Below are positions 9,366 through 19,058 of a stretch of 64,000 bases of DNA, in pieces; positions within the stretch are counted from its first letter, which is position 1; each line of letters opens with the position of its first letter. Under the pieces are notes generated by a model. That model was not told where the DNA came from and did no database searches. It saw nothing but the letters and a program-made list of their open reading frames with translations. The translations under genes were made by a program, and so were the position numbers. This stretch comes from an uncultured Candidatus Saccharibacteria bacterium (GTDB taxonomy: Bacteria > Patescibacteriota > Minisyncoccia > Phycocordibacterales > UBA9973). The stretch lies in contig CAZSFP010000003.1 of assembly GCA_964606285.1 (NCBI GenBank), positions 20,967-84,966 on the forward strand, read 5' to 3'.

Positions 9366-10005
9366 GGTTTTTAAAAGTACATTTTTCTACAGCAGCTCGA
9401 ATAATTCAAGTTGCTGATAAAGAGGAGGAGCGTGTTGCCGAAGCAAAGGCACTCCTCCCGAACTTTCCACCATTACTGATGAGGTACTGCAACCACTTGC
9501 AATATGTTTTTACCTGCCATTTTAGTCGGTCAGTAACTCCTCTGATTGTATATCCGTCTGAGCATTGCCCATCGGAGCACAAAAGGAGCCTGCGATCTTG
9601 GGTGTGGAATTCCCAAGCTATCGAAACTTGTCAGAAACGTTTGTTGAAACAAGGAAACCCTGTTTCTTCATTCGTTACCGCTTCATCTCTTACCTGCATG
9701 CCAGATGGTCGACTGGCCCACGTCTTTTCCTTCAAAAGGAATATTCCAGATACCACCAAATGCTTGAGGATAATGATATCTGTAGTATTCCTTTCGAAGT
9801 GTTTCAAAGAACTTTTGAACGAATCAATTTCTTATTCATCGTTCTGCAAACATCATAGCATTAGAAAAGAGATAAGTCAATAGATTTGGCAAGTATTTTT
9901 ATCAGTATATTTTTAAAATATCAAATATTTATTGATTTTTATAGATATTTTATATATTTAACAAAAATATTTGTCATTTTAAGGTATCTATGCTACACTC
10001 TACCC

Positions 10006-10785
10006 ATGCTAGAAATACCCCGAGACATTAAACAATCATTAGGAGATATAGGACTTGATCGCGCGGAGATCCAGGTTTGTGTACTTCTTTTGAAAAAGAA
10101 TTTTTTGAGTATCCAAGAAATAACCAATGAAGTGAAGCTCCCCCGCTCGTCGGTGCAACTTGCCTGTGAGAACCTCCTCAATACCGGTGTCTTGAAAGTA
10201 TCAATAACCGGCAAGCGTAGAAGTTTTTATATAGAAAATGCGCACAGTATCGAACAGCACTTATCACAAAAAGAAAAAGACATTCAATCACAAAAGATTA
10301 CACTCCACAGCATTCTTCCGAAACTCTCAGCTATCCAGGCCATCGCCCAAGATGCTGAACCGATCGAAATAGAAGAACTCTCCGGTGAAGACGGCTTTGT
10401 CGAAACCTTTTATCGTTCACTCAACCAACCAAAGAACTCAGAAGTCTTGCGATTTACCGGAAATCCAGAAACATTTACTGTTGCTCGGGAAAAATTGAAA
10501 CAATACCGCGAACAACGAATGAAAAAGAAAATATACTCAAAAGTAATCCATCCTGAATCATCTCAAAAAGAAGAAGAAGCTCGTGATGCTGTAGGCAAAA
10601 TGCGCGAAGTTCGATTTTTACCGAAAGAACTCTATAATCCAAAAGTACAGATGTCGACATGGCAAGACAATGTCGCAGTGACTGTCTGGGACAAAGGACT
10701 TCATTCGATCATCATCAAAAACAAAGCATTTGCAGACAGCATGAAACAACTCTTCACGATCGCATGGAATCAAGCAAAGAATTAA
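10006..10785 (+). CDS. TrmB-like winged-helix transcriptional regulator
   Basis: The N-terminal wHTH (IGLDRAEIQVCVLLLKKNFLSIQEITNEVKLPRSSVQLACENLLNTGVLKV) matches the TrmB-family pattern. Start was moved to MLEIPRD (10006) because the upstream part of the track ORF is AT-rich promoter-like sequence. Confidence 0.6.
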   Translation: MLEIPRDIKQSLGDIGLDRAEIQVCVLLLKKNFLSIQEITNEVKLPRSSVQLACENLLNTGVLKVSITGKRRSFYIENAHSIEQHLSQKEKDIQSQKITLHSILPKLSAIQAIAQDAEPIEIEELSGEDGFVETFYRSLNQPKNSEVLRFTGNPETFTVAREKLKQYREQRMKKKIYSKVIHPESSQKEEEARDAVGKMREVRFLPKELYNPKVQMSTWQDNVAVTVWDKGLHSIIIKNKAFADSMKQLFTIAWNQAKN

Positions 10786-10841
10786 GGAAATAAAAAAAAT
10801 CCCGCAAAATATGCGGGACTTTTATTAACCTCATGTTGAAG

Positions 10842-11246
10842 TTATGCTTTAACGGGCAAATGTTTGAAGCGTTCGGCTACCGGTAATTGAAGGAATTGTT
10901 CACGGTCTTTTACTGCTTTTTTTACTTTTTGCTCGTATTCAGGGGTCATAGCAACTTGTGTTGTATTTTCCCATTTTTCGAGCGCCCAACTCCATTCTTT
11001 TTGATGGATGGGTTTTCCGTTCTGAATTTCAAACGGGTTTGTTTTGTAATTTCCATCTTTGTCTGTATAGATATAGATGCAATTTTTTTGTCCGTCACCT
11101 GACAATAAATTCAGATTATTGCCGTCTTTCGTTACAATGTAACGTGAACCGGTTACTTTTCTTCTGGTCTTTTGCTGAGTCTCAGCGGGTTTTACTTCTG
11201 CCATGAGCGGTAAGTTTTTTAAATTGTGAATACTACAATATGTCAC
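10842..11246 (-). CDS. Hypothetical protein
   Basis: 134-aa ORF; an internal start MAEVKPAE is possible. Confidence 0.4.
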   Translation of the reverse strand: MTYCSIHNLKNLPLMAEVKPAETQQKTRRKVTGSRYIVTKDGNNLNLLSGDGQKNCIYIYTDKDGNYKTNPFEIQNGKPIHQKEWSWALEKWENTTQVAMTPEYEQKVKKAVKDREQFLQLPVAERFKHLPVKA

Positions 11247-11317
11247 CTTCTATTATAGCAGATAATGGATATTTGTCAATATCAATAATTCCTTATAAAA
11301 TCACGTATAATGAGCAT

Positions 11318-11827
11318 ATGAAACTACTTGCAATCGATCCCGGATACGAAAGAATTGGCATTGCCATACTAGAAAAACCAACTGGAGCAAAAGAAACTCT
11401 CCTTTATTCTGACTGTTTCAAAACCAGTGCAAAACTCACGTTCGCTGAACGTCTCGTGCTTATCGGTGATGAAATCGAACGAGTGATAAAAAAATACAAA
11501 CCAACAGTACTCGCGATCGAAAAATTATATTTCGCAAAAAATACGACAACCGCAATGGGTGTTGCCGAAGCACGCGGTGTCATCATCTATCACGCAGCGA
11601 AATATGATTGTACTGTATATGAATACACACCGATGGAGATCAAGGTCGCAGTGACCGGCTATGGCAAAGCATCAAAAGACAATATCACCTTCATGACGCA
11701 AAAATTGATAGACACACCGAAAGATAAAAAAATGATCGACGATGAGCTCGATGCCATCGCCGTCGGACTCACGTGTTTCGCGTGTGAAAAATTTCCTACT
11801 TCGCTAAAGTTACGTAGGACTTCGTAA
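11318..11827 (+). CDS. ruvC: Crossover junction endodeoxyribonuclease RuvC
   Basis: KLLAIDPGYERIGIAIL N-terminus with catalytic Asp, an RNase-H-like fold pattern and the C-terminal acidic motif DDELDAIAVGLT. Start set at MKLLAIDPG. Confidence 0.7.
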   Translation: MKLLAIDPGYERIGIAILEKPTGAKETLLYSDCFKTSAKLTFAERLVLIGDEIERVIKKYKPTVLAIEKLYFAKNTTTAMGVAEARGVIIYHAAKYDCTVYEYTPMEIKVAVTGYGKASKDNITFMTQKLIDTPKDKKMIDDELDAIAVGLTCFACEKFPTSLKLRRTS

Positions 11828-11832
11828 ATAAT

Positions 11833-13413
11833 TTAACTAAAACTCTTTGGTCTATATTGCAATGCTTCGAGGAGATGTGGTGATTCGATCGTTTCACTGC
11901 CCGCAAGATCGGCAATCGTTCGGGCAAGCTTGATGACGCGATGATACGCACGACCGGAGAGCGCGAGTTTCTCGGCACTCTGATTGAGTAGAGCTCGTGC
12001 CGCATCAGACAGAACGATATGTGTATCGATATCTTTCACTGACATGTCACTGTTCGTTTGAATCTTTTTTGCGTGCCCTGCAAAACGATCGCGTTGTTTT
12101 GCACGAGCCGTTTCTACACGTGTGGCAATTGTTGCAGATGTTTCACCAGTCGAAAGTGTTCCCAATTTGTCATACTCAACCTCACCAACCGACACCCACA
12201 TGTCGATACGGTCCATGATCGGGCCAGAAATTTTTCGTTCATAGCGAGCGATATCGGACTGTTTACACTTACATGTTTTTGTTCGTGCGGTCCGATACCC
12301 GCATGGACACGGATTCATCGCTGCAACGAGAATAAAATGTGCAGGGAACAGCGCCGTGCCTTTGGATCGAGAAATAGAGACGACTCGATCTTCGAGTGGC
12401 TGGCGCAGACTCTCCACTACTCGTTTATCGAATTCAGGAAATTCATCGAGGAACAAAACACCACGATGCGCGAGCGTGACTTCACCCGGTTTTGGATATG
12501 TACCGCCACCAACGATCGCAACATACGATGCCGTATGATGTGGTGATCGGAATGGTGGCCAGACAATCATCGGATCTGATCCAATACTCCCGACAATAGA
12601 ATGAATTCCAGTGACCTCGAGTGCAGTATCCTGATCAAGTGTCGGAAGAAGTGCAGTGAATGCACGGGCGAGCATGGTTTTTCCTGTTCCCGGCGGACCA
12701 TAGAGCGCGATGTTGTGACCACCCGCTGCCGCAATCTCGAGTCCCCGTTTGGCAGTGTCCTGACCACGGACATCTTTGAAATCTACTGCAAAATATCGTT
12801 CTTTGATTTCTTTGTCTTTTCGTACATATGGCGAAATCAATACCCGTGGAATGATGAGGTCTCGCTGCGGCTTGCCAGAATTTTTTTCCGCATCAGTCAC
12901 GAGATGACAGATCACATCGAGCAATGTTTTTACCGGATACACCGTTATACCGTCGATGAGAGATGCTTCTTCTGCATTTTGAAATGGAACAAATACATCA
13001 GTAAAACCTTCTTCTTTTGCCGTCCGGACAATAGAGATCACACCTTTGACCGGCAATAATTCACCATTGAGTGCCAGTTCTCCGAGGAACAATTTTCCTG
13101 CCGGATCAAATGAGATAACACCATCAGAGAGCAGATATGCGAGCGCGATGCCGACATCATAGTACGAGCCTTCTTTTTTGAGATCTGCAGGTGAGAGCGA
13201 CACAACGATTTTTTGATTCTGACTTTTTGGTGAAACGAAATTACTATTCTTCAGCGCACTAGCGACACGATCACGCGCTTCATCGACTGCCTTGTCCGGC
13301 AATCCAACAAGAGAAAATGCGTGGAGAGTATTTTTTGTAATATCGACTTCAATACTGACGATATGACCAGTGAGAAGATATGGCTGTGCTGCAAAAACAC
13401 GAGCAAATGACAT
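11833..13413 (-). CDS. comM: YifB/ComM-family Mg-chelatase-like AAA+ ATPase
   Basis: GPPGTGKTMLARAF Walker A, LFLDEFPEF Walker B, CPCG zinc motif and an N-terminal Lon-like domain; 526 aa. Confidence 0.85.
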   Translation of the reverse strand: MSFARVFAAQPYLLTGHIVSIEVDITKNTLHAFSLVGLPDKAVDEARDRVASALKNSNFVSPKSQNQKIVVSLSPADLKKEGSYYDVGIALAYLLSDGVISFDPAGKLFLGELALNGELLPVKGVISIVRTAKEEGFTDVFVPFQNAEEASLIDGITVYPVKTLLDVICHLVTDAEKNSGKPQRDLIIPRVLISPYVRKDKEIKERYFAVDFKDVRGQDTAKRGLEIAAAGGHNIALYGPPGTGKTMLARAFTALLPTLDQDTALEVTGIHSIVGSIGSDPMIVWPPFRSPHHTASYVAIVGGGTYPKPGEVTLAHRGVLFLDEFPEFDKRVVESLRQPLEDRVVSISRSKGTALFPAHFILVAAMNPCPCGYRTARTKTCKCKQSDIARYERKISGPIMDRIDMWVSVGEVEYDKLGTLSTGETSATIATRVETARAKQRDRFAGHAKKIQTNSDMSVKDIDTHIVLSDAARALLNQSAEKLALSGRAYHRVIKLARTIADLAGSETIESPHLLEALQYRPKSFS

Positions 13414-13589
13414 ACAAATATTCTAGCAACTTTAAAATAAAATGCATGTGTATTTTTTCCTCCCCTGCGAAGGGGAGGTGGATTTTTGTAATCAAAAATA
13501 CGGAGGGGTGGTATTTCTTTATTCATTGTTTTTTCACCCCCTCGGCTTTACAGCCACTCCCCCTTCGCAGGGGGAGAAAATACAATTCA

Positions 13590-13632
13590 AAAAAATACAC
13601 GCGGGTCTGCGTGTATTTTTTTTGTTTTTTTC
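13590..13632 (-). terminator. Bidirectional intrinsic terminator downstream of the dksA-like gene
   Basis: atacacgcgggtctgcgtgtat hairpin flanked by A-run and T-run. Confidence 0.6.
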
Positions 13633-13659
13633 TACATACTACTCACTGGAAACTACTTA

Positions 13660-14016
13660 CTATTCATTGATATGGGTGAGGCATGTTCGTGCCGCAGGAT
13701 TCGCGTCGAGCCGAGACGGTTCGATCGGCATTTGGCAAACTTCGCAGATGCCGTATGTACCGATGTCCATTTTTGCGAGGGCTCCACTAACATCGTTCAA
13801 TCGTTTTTCCAAAATTTTCACTTCTGAGCTTTTTTCTTCGAAATCTTCGAAGCGGTCAGCATTTTCATTTGAGTCTGCTTCTCCTGATTCAGCAGGTGTT
13901 GGTGCAACATCCCACGTACCGGTTGTCGGATTGTTATATGCACCAATATTTTTCATATTAGCCAAAATGGTTTCTTTTTCTTGCTCAAGGATTTGTTTGT
14001 ATTGTTCGGTGTTCAT
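13660..14016 (-). CDS. dksA: DksA/TraR-family C4 zinc-finger protein
   Basis: Coiled-coil N-terminus and C-terminal CEVCQMPIEPSRLDANPAARTCLTH (Cx2C...Cx2H-like finger) typical of DksA/TraR. Confidence 0.7.
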   Translation of the reverse strand: MNTEQYKQILEQEKETILANMKNIGAYNNPTTGTWDVAPTPAESGEADSNENADRFEDFEEKSSEVKILEKRLNDVSGALAKMDIGTYGICEVCQMPIEPSRLDANPAARTCLTHINE

Positions 14017-14033
14017 GGGTCAATTATATCACA

Positions 14034-14906
14034 TTAGGACCGCTTGGCGAAGAATTGTGCGACCAGTGCAGAAAATCCTTCAGTACTTGTACTGATACCG
14101 ATCGTTGTATCATTGAGAAATCCGTAGACGAGAGCAACTGTTCCATCTGTTTGCTTGAGAACACGAACGTATTTATTCGCAATGACATCAGAAGAAAACC
14201 TACCAGTAAAAAGTTCTGGGTGTGCACCGGCATCGATAGAAAGAATGTTATACAGATCATCAAACAGTTTTGTTTCCCACGCAGTCATTCCTGCTGCCGC
14301 ATCTGTATATTCAGAAACTTCAAAGAGTATGTACGGTGTCTGTAAAGTTGCACCCGAGGCGATTTCGCCAATCATCCATCGTGGGATCAAGAGTTTTTTG
14401 AATGAATCTTCCACGTGTGCATCAATACGAGAAAGAAAATCTGAAGCTGGTATGACCGTTGATCCACCAAGACTATAATCGGTCAAATACAAGTACGCCG
14501 CATTTTCGGTCAATGGTTCAAGACCAGCAACCGCAAGTCCGATCTTTTGTCGCAGAACCGTTGGATCAGTATCAGTCACGATAAATTCCTTGGCGGTTTC
14601 CGCAACGATGATCGATGACACTTTCTGCGTTTGAACGACAGTAACCGTCGCTATTTTTGGCAAGCTGTATATGATTGCACCGCAAGCAATGAGAATGAGT
14701 GCGACACTACCGATGACATATGCAGTATTTTTCGGAGTTTTGATTGACACTTCGGCAACCGCTGCCTCCTGAGCAGCGTCTTCGATGATCGCCTGGCGAA
14801 CAATGCGCCCTTCACCGGAAACAACAGCTTCTCCCATATCACTCGAAAACGTTCGAAGAATACCTTTCGGCTTTTGATCAGGATTTTGTACTTCATCAGG
14901 ATTCAT
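14034..14906 (-). CDS. Hypothetical single-pass membrane protein
   Basis: 290 aa with one TM segment (VIGSVALILIACGAIIYSL). Confidence 0.45.
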   Translation of the reverse strand: MNPDEVQNPDQKPKGILRTFSSDMGEAVVSGEGRIVRQAIIEDAAQEAAVAEVSIKTPKNTAYVIGSVALILIACGAIIYSLPKIATVTVVQTQKVSSIIVAETAKEFIVTDTDPTVLRQKIGLAVAGLEPLTENAAYLYLTDYSLGGSTVIPASDFLSRIDAHVEDSFKKLLIPRWMIGEIASGATLQTPYILFEVSEYTDAAAGMTAWETKLFDDLYNILSIDAGAHPELFTGRFSSDVIANKYVRVLKQTDGTVALVYGFLNDTTIGISTSTEGFSALVAQFFAKRS

Positions 14907-15049
14907 ACTTGTATGATAACAGTCTGATGGTAATAGTAAAGAAAATATTTTGTAAATTAGTTCATATACATGCAGTAATAGGATTATTTGACAATATGTT
15001 TATAAAATGATACTGTATGAAAAAATAATTTCATTTAAAATATAGAAAA

Positions 15050-15502
15050 ATGGCAGAAGAAAAAACTCCCGTTATGCCCGCAAAACCATACAAACCATGT
15101 CAACTTGGTTCATTTGGCAAAGCTTCTTACATGTTTTTACGCCAATACAATTTTCCCAGTGAATATAATTTTCCAGATGAAAAAATTGAAACTGCCGATA
15201 GTGATCGACTTGAACACAGCTACGTAAATAATTGCTTTAAAAAATATATTTCTAATGGAGAACGTGGTTTTGAAAATTGGATTTTACAAAAATCTACCAC
15301 TGACGAAATAATTCTTTCTTTGGTAAAAGAAATGCTGAATGTTCACGGAAAATACACAGGATATCGCGTGATTGGTGGTGTTAATGGAGGAGGATATGCC
15401 ATTTGGACATTTCAACTTTTTATGAAAACCGAAATTAGTGATACAAAACTCTATACAAACAGCGGCATGTTTTCAGAGGCTCCTAATATCATAGACAAGT
15501 AA
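15050..15502 (+). CDS. Hypothetical protein
   Basis: 150-aa ORF. Confidence 0.4.
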   Translation: MAEEKTPVMPAKPYKPCQLGSFGKASYMFLRQYNFPSEYNFPDEKIETADSDRLEHSYVNNCFKKYISNGERGFENWILQKSTTDEIILSLVKEMLNVHGKYTGYRVIGGVNGGGYAIWTFQLFMKTEISDTKLYTNSGMFSEAPNIIDK

Positions 15503-15556
15503 CACTTGTGTAAATAAAATTGCCCCACAAAATGTGGGGCAATTTTTAATTTTAAT

Positions 15557-16066
15557 CTACCGCATTCCAATCAAATACTTTCGCGGATTCTCTGAGAGGT
15601 CAAGGAAATCATCAGTTGCTTCACGAAGTTTGCCAGAGGTTGATTTACCAAATGAGGCAACTTCGACTTGAACAGCATGGATCTGGAGGTATTCCACGAG
15701 TGGAATATAGTCACCATCACCCGTGACAAGCACGATCGCATCGACTTTTGGTGCGATCGTGATCGCATCAACCGCGAGACCGACGTCCCAGTCTCCTTTC
15801 TTTGCACCACCTTGGAAGACTTGCAAATCTTTTGTTTTGGTTTCAATACCGATCTTTGTGAGGGCTTCGAAGAATGCTTTTTCGTCACCGGCCTCGGACG
15901 TGATGACATATGCCACCGCGCGGACGAGCTTGCGTCCTGCGACGGCGTCTTTGACGATCTGACCGAAATTTACTTTGCGTTTATAAAGATTTTTTGCGCT
16001 GTGATACAAGTTTTGTGCATCGATGAAAACAGCAACGCGCTGTTCTTTGTGTTTAATAATAGACAT
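15557..16066 (-). CDS. NYN/LabA-like (PIN-fold) domain protein
   Basis: RVAVFIDAQNLYHSAK ... VLVTGDGDYIPLVEYLQ motifs of NYN/LabA nucleases. Start set at MSIIKHK. Confidence 0.65.
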   Translation of the reverse strand: MSIIKHKEQRVAVFIDAQNLYHSAKNLYKRKVNFGQIVKDAVAGRKLVRAVAYVITSEAGDEKAFFEALTKIGIETKTKDLQVFQGGAKKGDWDVGLAVDAITIAPKVDAIVLVTGDGDYIPLVEYLQIHAVQVEVASFGKSTSGKLREATDDFLDLSENPRKYLIGMR

Positions 16067-16275
16067 AATAGATAGTATGAAGAAAATAGCACGGAGTACA
16101 TAGTACACTCACTATATTATTCAAATAAATAGAGAAACGTAATAAAAATAGAAACAAGAGAAGAATGTATATAAAATATAAAACAGATATATTCTCTTTT
16201 CTCTGCAATACCACCTCGAGAGGCAGCACACTCATTCTAACAGAAAGTCCGCCTATCGGCGGACATATCTGTGTA

Positions 16276-16536
16276 TTACCCTTTGATGTTTTTCATCGCA
16301 GCTGCAAATGCAGTTTTGTTTGTGCGTTCGAGGTATTTCAAATGTGTTCGGCGGTCAGCAACCATCTTGATGAGACCACGACGAGAATGGTTATCTTTCT
16401 TGTGTTTTTTCAAATGTCCCGCGAGTTCATCAATACGCGCAGAGAGAAGCGCGATCTGCAAAGGAGAAGACCCCGTGTCAGTTGCATGGATCTGGTTCTT
16501 TTTGATAAGTGATTGTTTTTTCTTTGTGGTAAGCAT
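16276..16536 (-). CDS. rpsO: 30S ribosomal protein S15
   Basis: TGSSPLQIALLSARIDELAGHLKKHKKDNHSRRGLIKMVADRR matches the S15 signature. Start set at MLTTKKK (87 aa). Confidence 0.85.
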   Translation of the reverse strand: MLTTKKKQSLIKKNQIHATDTGSSPLQIALLSARIDELAGHLKKHKKDNHSRRGLIKMVADRRTHLKYLERTNKTAFAAAMKNIKG

Positions 16537-16681
16537 TGCACTTGGGATACTAACAAATAATGGTTCTTCTGGCAAGGGCCAACCTTTCTGCAGAGAATAT
16601 GTGCATAATAACAAATTTATATAAAAAAGTCAAGACCACGTACTGATGACGTGGTCGAGAGTGTAAAACAGGGACAATGAG

Positions 16682-17014
16682 CTAATTTTTTGATTTCTTT
16701 TTAATATTGTTGGCTTCATCCAATTCGCTTTGTGTAATAGTAATACCCGGAACAAACATACTAAAGAAAATCCTGAGATAGTACCCCGATCGGAAGACAT
16801 GCGTAAAGAAATTCTTCCATTCCTGATAAATAGACATCATCAATATGATATTGACACCTGTCAGTAATGCACCTATTGCATAAAAAGTACCTCCAAAAAA
16901 TGATTCTGTAGAAGATGTAGCCCAGAAGATGCTGTACACACAGAGTCCTGTAACAAGAAATACAAATAATTCACTTGCGATAAAATACTTCAATATACTA
17001 AATAGTGTTTTCAT
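16682..17014 (-). CDS. Small hypothetical membrane protein
   Basis: 110 aa with 3 hydrophobic helices. Confidence 0.35.
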   Translation of the reverse strand: MKTLFSILKYFIASELFVFLVTGLCVYSIFWATSSTESFFGGTFYAIGALLTGVNIILMMSIYQEWKNFFTHVFRSGYYLRIFFSMFVPGITITQSELDEANNIKKKSKN

Positions 17015-17077
17015 AGAGCAGAGTTTGATTTTTTCTTTAGTCTAGCACCAACCGACCCGAGACGCTATACTCTCTAT

Positions 17078-17989
17078 ATGACCGCTGTCCAAACACTCAA
17101 ACGCCAATTTCTCGAATACCTCGAAATCGAACGAGGTCTCAGTTTGAAGACCATCACCAACTATGACCGTTATCTCACCCGCTTTTTCGATCTTGCAAAA
17201 ATTACGGCTGTGGCTGATATCACAGAAGAAACAATCCGGTCATTTCGCCTGATGCTCAACCGCGCTCCGGGCATGAAAATCCGCGGACAATCTGCGACCA
17301 CACTCAAGAAGAACACACAAAATTATTATCTCATCGCATTGCGTGTCTTTCTGAAATACCTGCGAAAGAAATCCATCACCGCGCTGACACCAGACGCGAT
17401 CGAACTTGCAAAAATCCATGAGCGACACCTCGATCTCATTTCGACAGACGAACTGCAACGTCTCCTCACTGCACCAGACGGCACCGATATCCGATCATAT
17501 CGCGACAAAGCATTGCTCGCCCTCTTTTTCTCAACCGGTCTCCGTCTCTCAGAACTCTGTTCACTCAACCGTGATCTCGATCTGTCGAAAGATGAATTTT
17601 CGATTCGTGGAAAAGGTGAAAAAGTTCGCGTCGTCTTTCTCTCGCCAGCCGCCAAAGATGCCATCAAAACCTATCTCGCAAAACGCAAAGACACTGACGA
17701 ACCACTCTTCACTCAGCTCAGTCACAACAAAAACGAATCTGCACGTCTGACTCCCCGCTCCATCGAACGTATCGTGAAGCAGCACGCGATCAAAGCCGGT
17801 ATTTCAAAAAAGGTCACACCGCACGTCATCCGTCACTCGTTCGCCACCGACCTCCTCTCGAACGGCGCCGATATCCGCTCCGTCCAAATGATGCTCGGCC
17901 ACGCGAACATCGCCACGACACAAGTCTATACGCATATAACAGACAAGCAATTAAGAGACGTTCATAAGAAGTTTCACAGTAATAAATAA
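17078..17989 (+). CDS. xerC: Tyrosine site-specific recombinase XerC/XerD family
   Basis: C-terminal HVIRHSFATDLLSNGADIRSVQMMLGHANIATTQVYTH (R..H..R..Y catalytic box) and an N-terminal SAM-like core-binding domain. Confidence 0.85.
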   Translation: MTAVQTLKRQFLEYLEIERGLSLKTITNYDRYLTRFFDLAKITAVADITEETIRSFRLMLNRAPGMKIRGQSATTLKKNTQNYYLIALRVFLKYLRKKSITALTPDAIELAKIHERHLDLISTDELQRLLTAPDGTDIRSYRDKALLALFFSTGLRLSELCSLNRDLDLSKDEFSIRGKGEKVRVVFLSPAAKDAIKTYLAKRKDTDEPLFTQLSHNKNESARLTPRSIERIVKQHAIKAGISKKVTPHVIRHSFATDLLSNGADIRSVQMMLGHANIATTQVYTHITDKQLRDVHKKFHSNK

Positions 17990-18111
17990 TTCCGCGATGC
18001 CTGCCCGGCACTAAGTGTACTCGCTTTAGTGTCGGGTCCACAAAAAATTCCATAGTCAGAAATAAAAAACCGGTCGCAGTGACCGGTTTTTTTGATCTTT
18101 AAAGAAGACTG

Positions 18112-18921
18112 TTACTTCTTATAAAGTTCTGCAACTTTTCTCGGAGTAAACTTGTGATCTTCATAATATTCTTTATCGAATATCGGAACCTTCTTGAACA
18201 AAGAATACTCTTTGAATTTTTTGACTCGTTTCCTTTCCATAATTTTCTTAACAAATTGAGCAACTTCGATAGGCTGCAACCAGTACTCTGGATTCGCATC
18301 TGTCGCAGTAAATACGAACGGTCTCGTAATTAGTTCATTCGGACACAACACAGATGAAATGTTTATCAATGAAACAATTTCTGTTGCACCATTCTTTTGT
18401 CGATACACGATGCCTTCTTTCAATTTTTCAATTGATTTCCACCATGAAGTATGAGCACTAGGTTTATGTTCATCGGCAAGACCGCCAAACAATACAGCAT
18501 GAAACGGCTTTCTTGTTGCCTTTGCCAGGATTGAACAAAACTGAGTAAACAATATTTTTGTCAGATATAAACAACGATCATCAATACCATCTTTGTCATC
18601 ATCATACTGAAGAATCTTATTTCCTTTGGAATCGATTTCAAAAGGATATAGACCTACCGCATGGATATAAGAAATCTGATCAAATTTTTCACTGGCTATT
18701 GTTTCAGTAAATGCTAGTGCCATACACGCAGCGGATGTTTCTGAAGAAATAGAACAAATCAATGTTCTCACTGGAAGTTTTCCATCAACACAAAATTCTT
18801 TGAAGTCTTTTGCTTTTCTACTGATACCATACACGATTGTATCTTTTTGTGAGGCGAATAATCCAAGACATGCGGAACCAATAGCGCCTGTAACACCATG
18901 GATAATAACGAGTTTTTTCAT
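18112..18921 (-). CDS. NAD(P)-binding Rossmann-fold protein (SDR/NmrA-like)
   Basis: VIIHGVTGAIGSA glycine-rich dinucleotide-binding motif at the N-terminus. Confidence 0.45.
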   Translation of the reverse strand: MKKLVIIHGVTGAIGSACLGLFASQKDTIVYGISRKAKDFKEFCVDGKLPVRTLICSISSETSAACMALAFTETIASEKFDQISYIHAVGLYPFEIDSKGNKILQYDDDKDGIDDRCLYLTKILFTQFCSILAKATRKPFHAVLFGGLADEHKPSAHTSWWKSIEKLKEGIVYRQKNGATEIVSLINISSVLCPNELITRPFVFTATDANPEYWLQPIEVAQFVKKIMERKRVKKFKEYSLFKKVPIFDKEYYEDHKFTPRKVAELYKK

Positions 18922-19058
18922 TTTTTTAATTATTAAGGTTAATTATTTTTTAAATTAAAACATAATTTATTACTTTTGTCTAAAATATTACGTTTTATAT
19001 AAGAAAAGTAAAAAAATATTTTACTTTTAGTATAATATCTGGTATATATAAGGTAGAT

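Noticed and set aside
9326-9883. 185-aa ORF and overlapping 97-aa ORF
   Set aside because: Implausible amino-acid composition (Cys/Trp/His-rich), two overlapping frames, and no motif. Treated as a non-coding or ncRNA candidate region instead.
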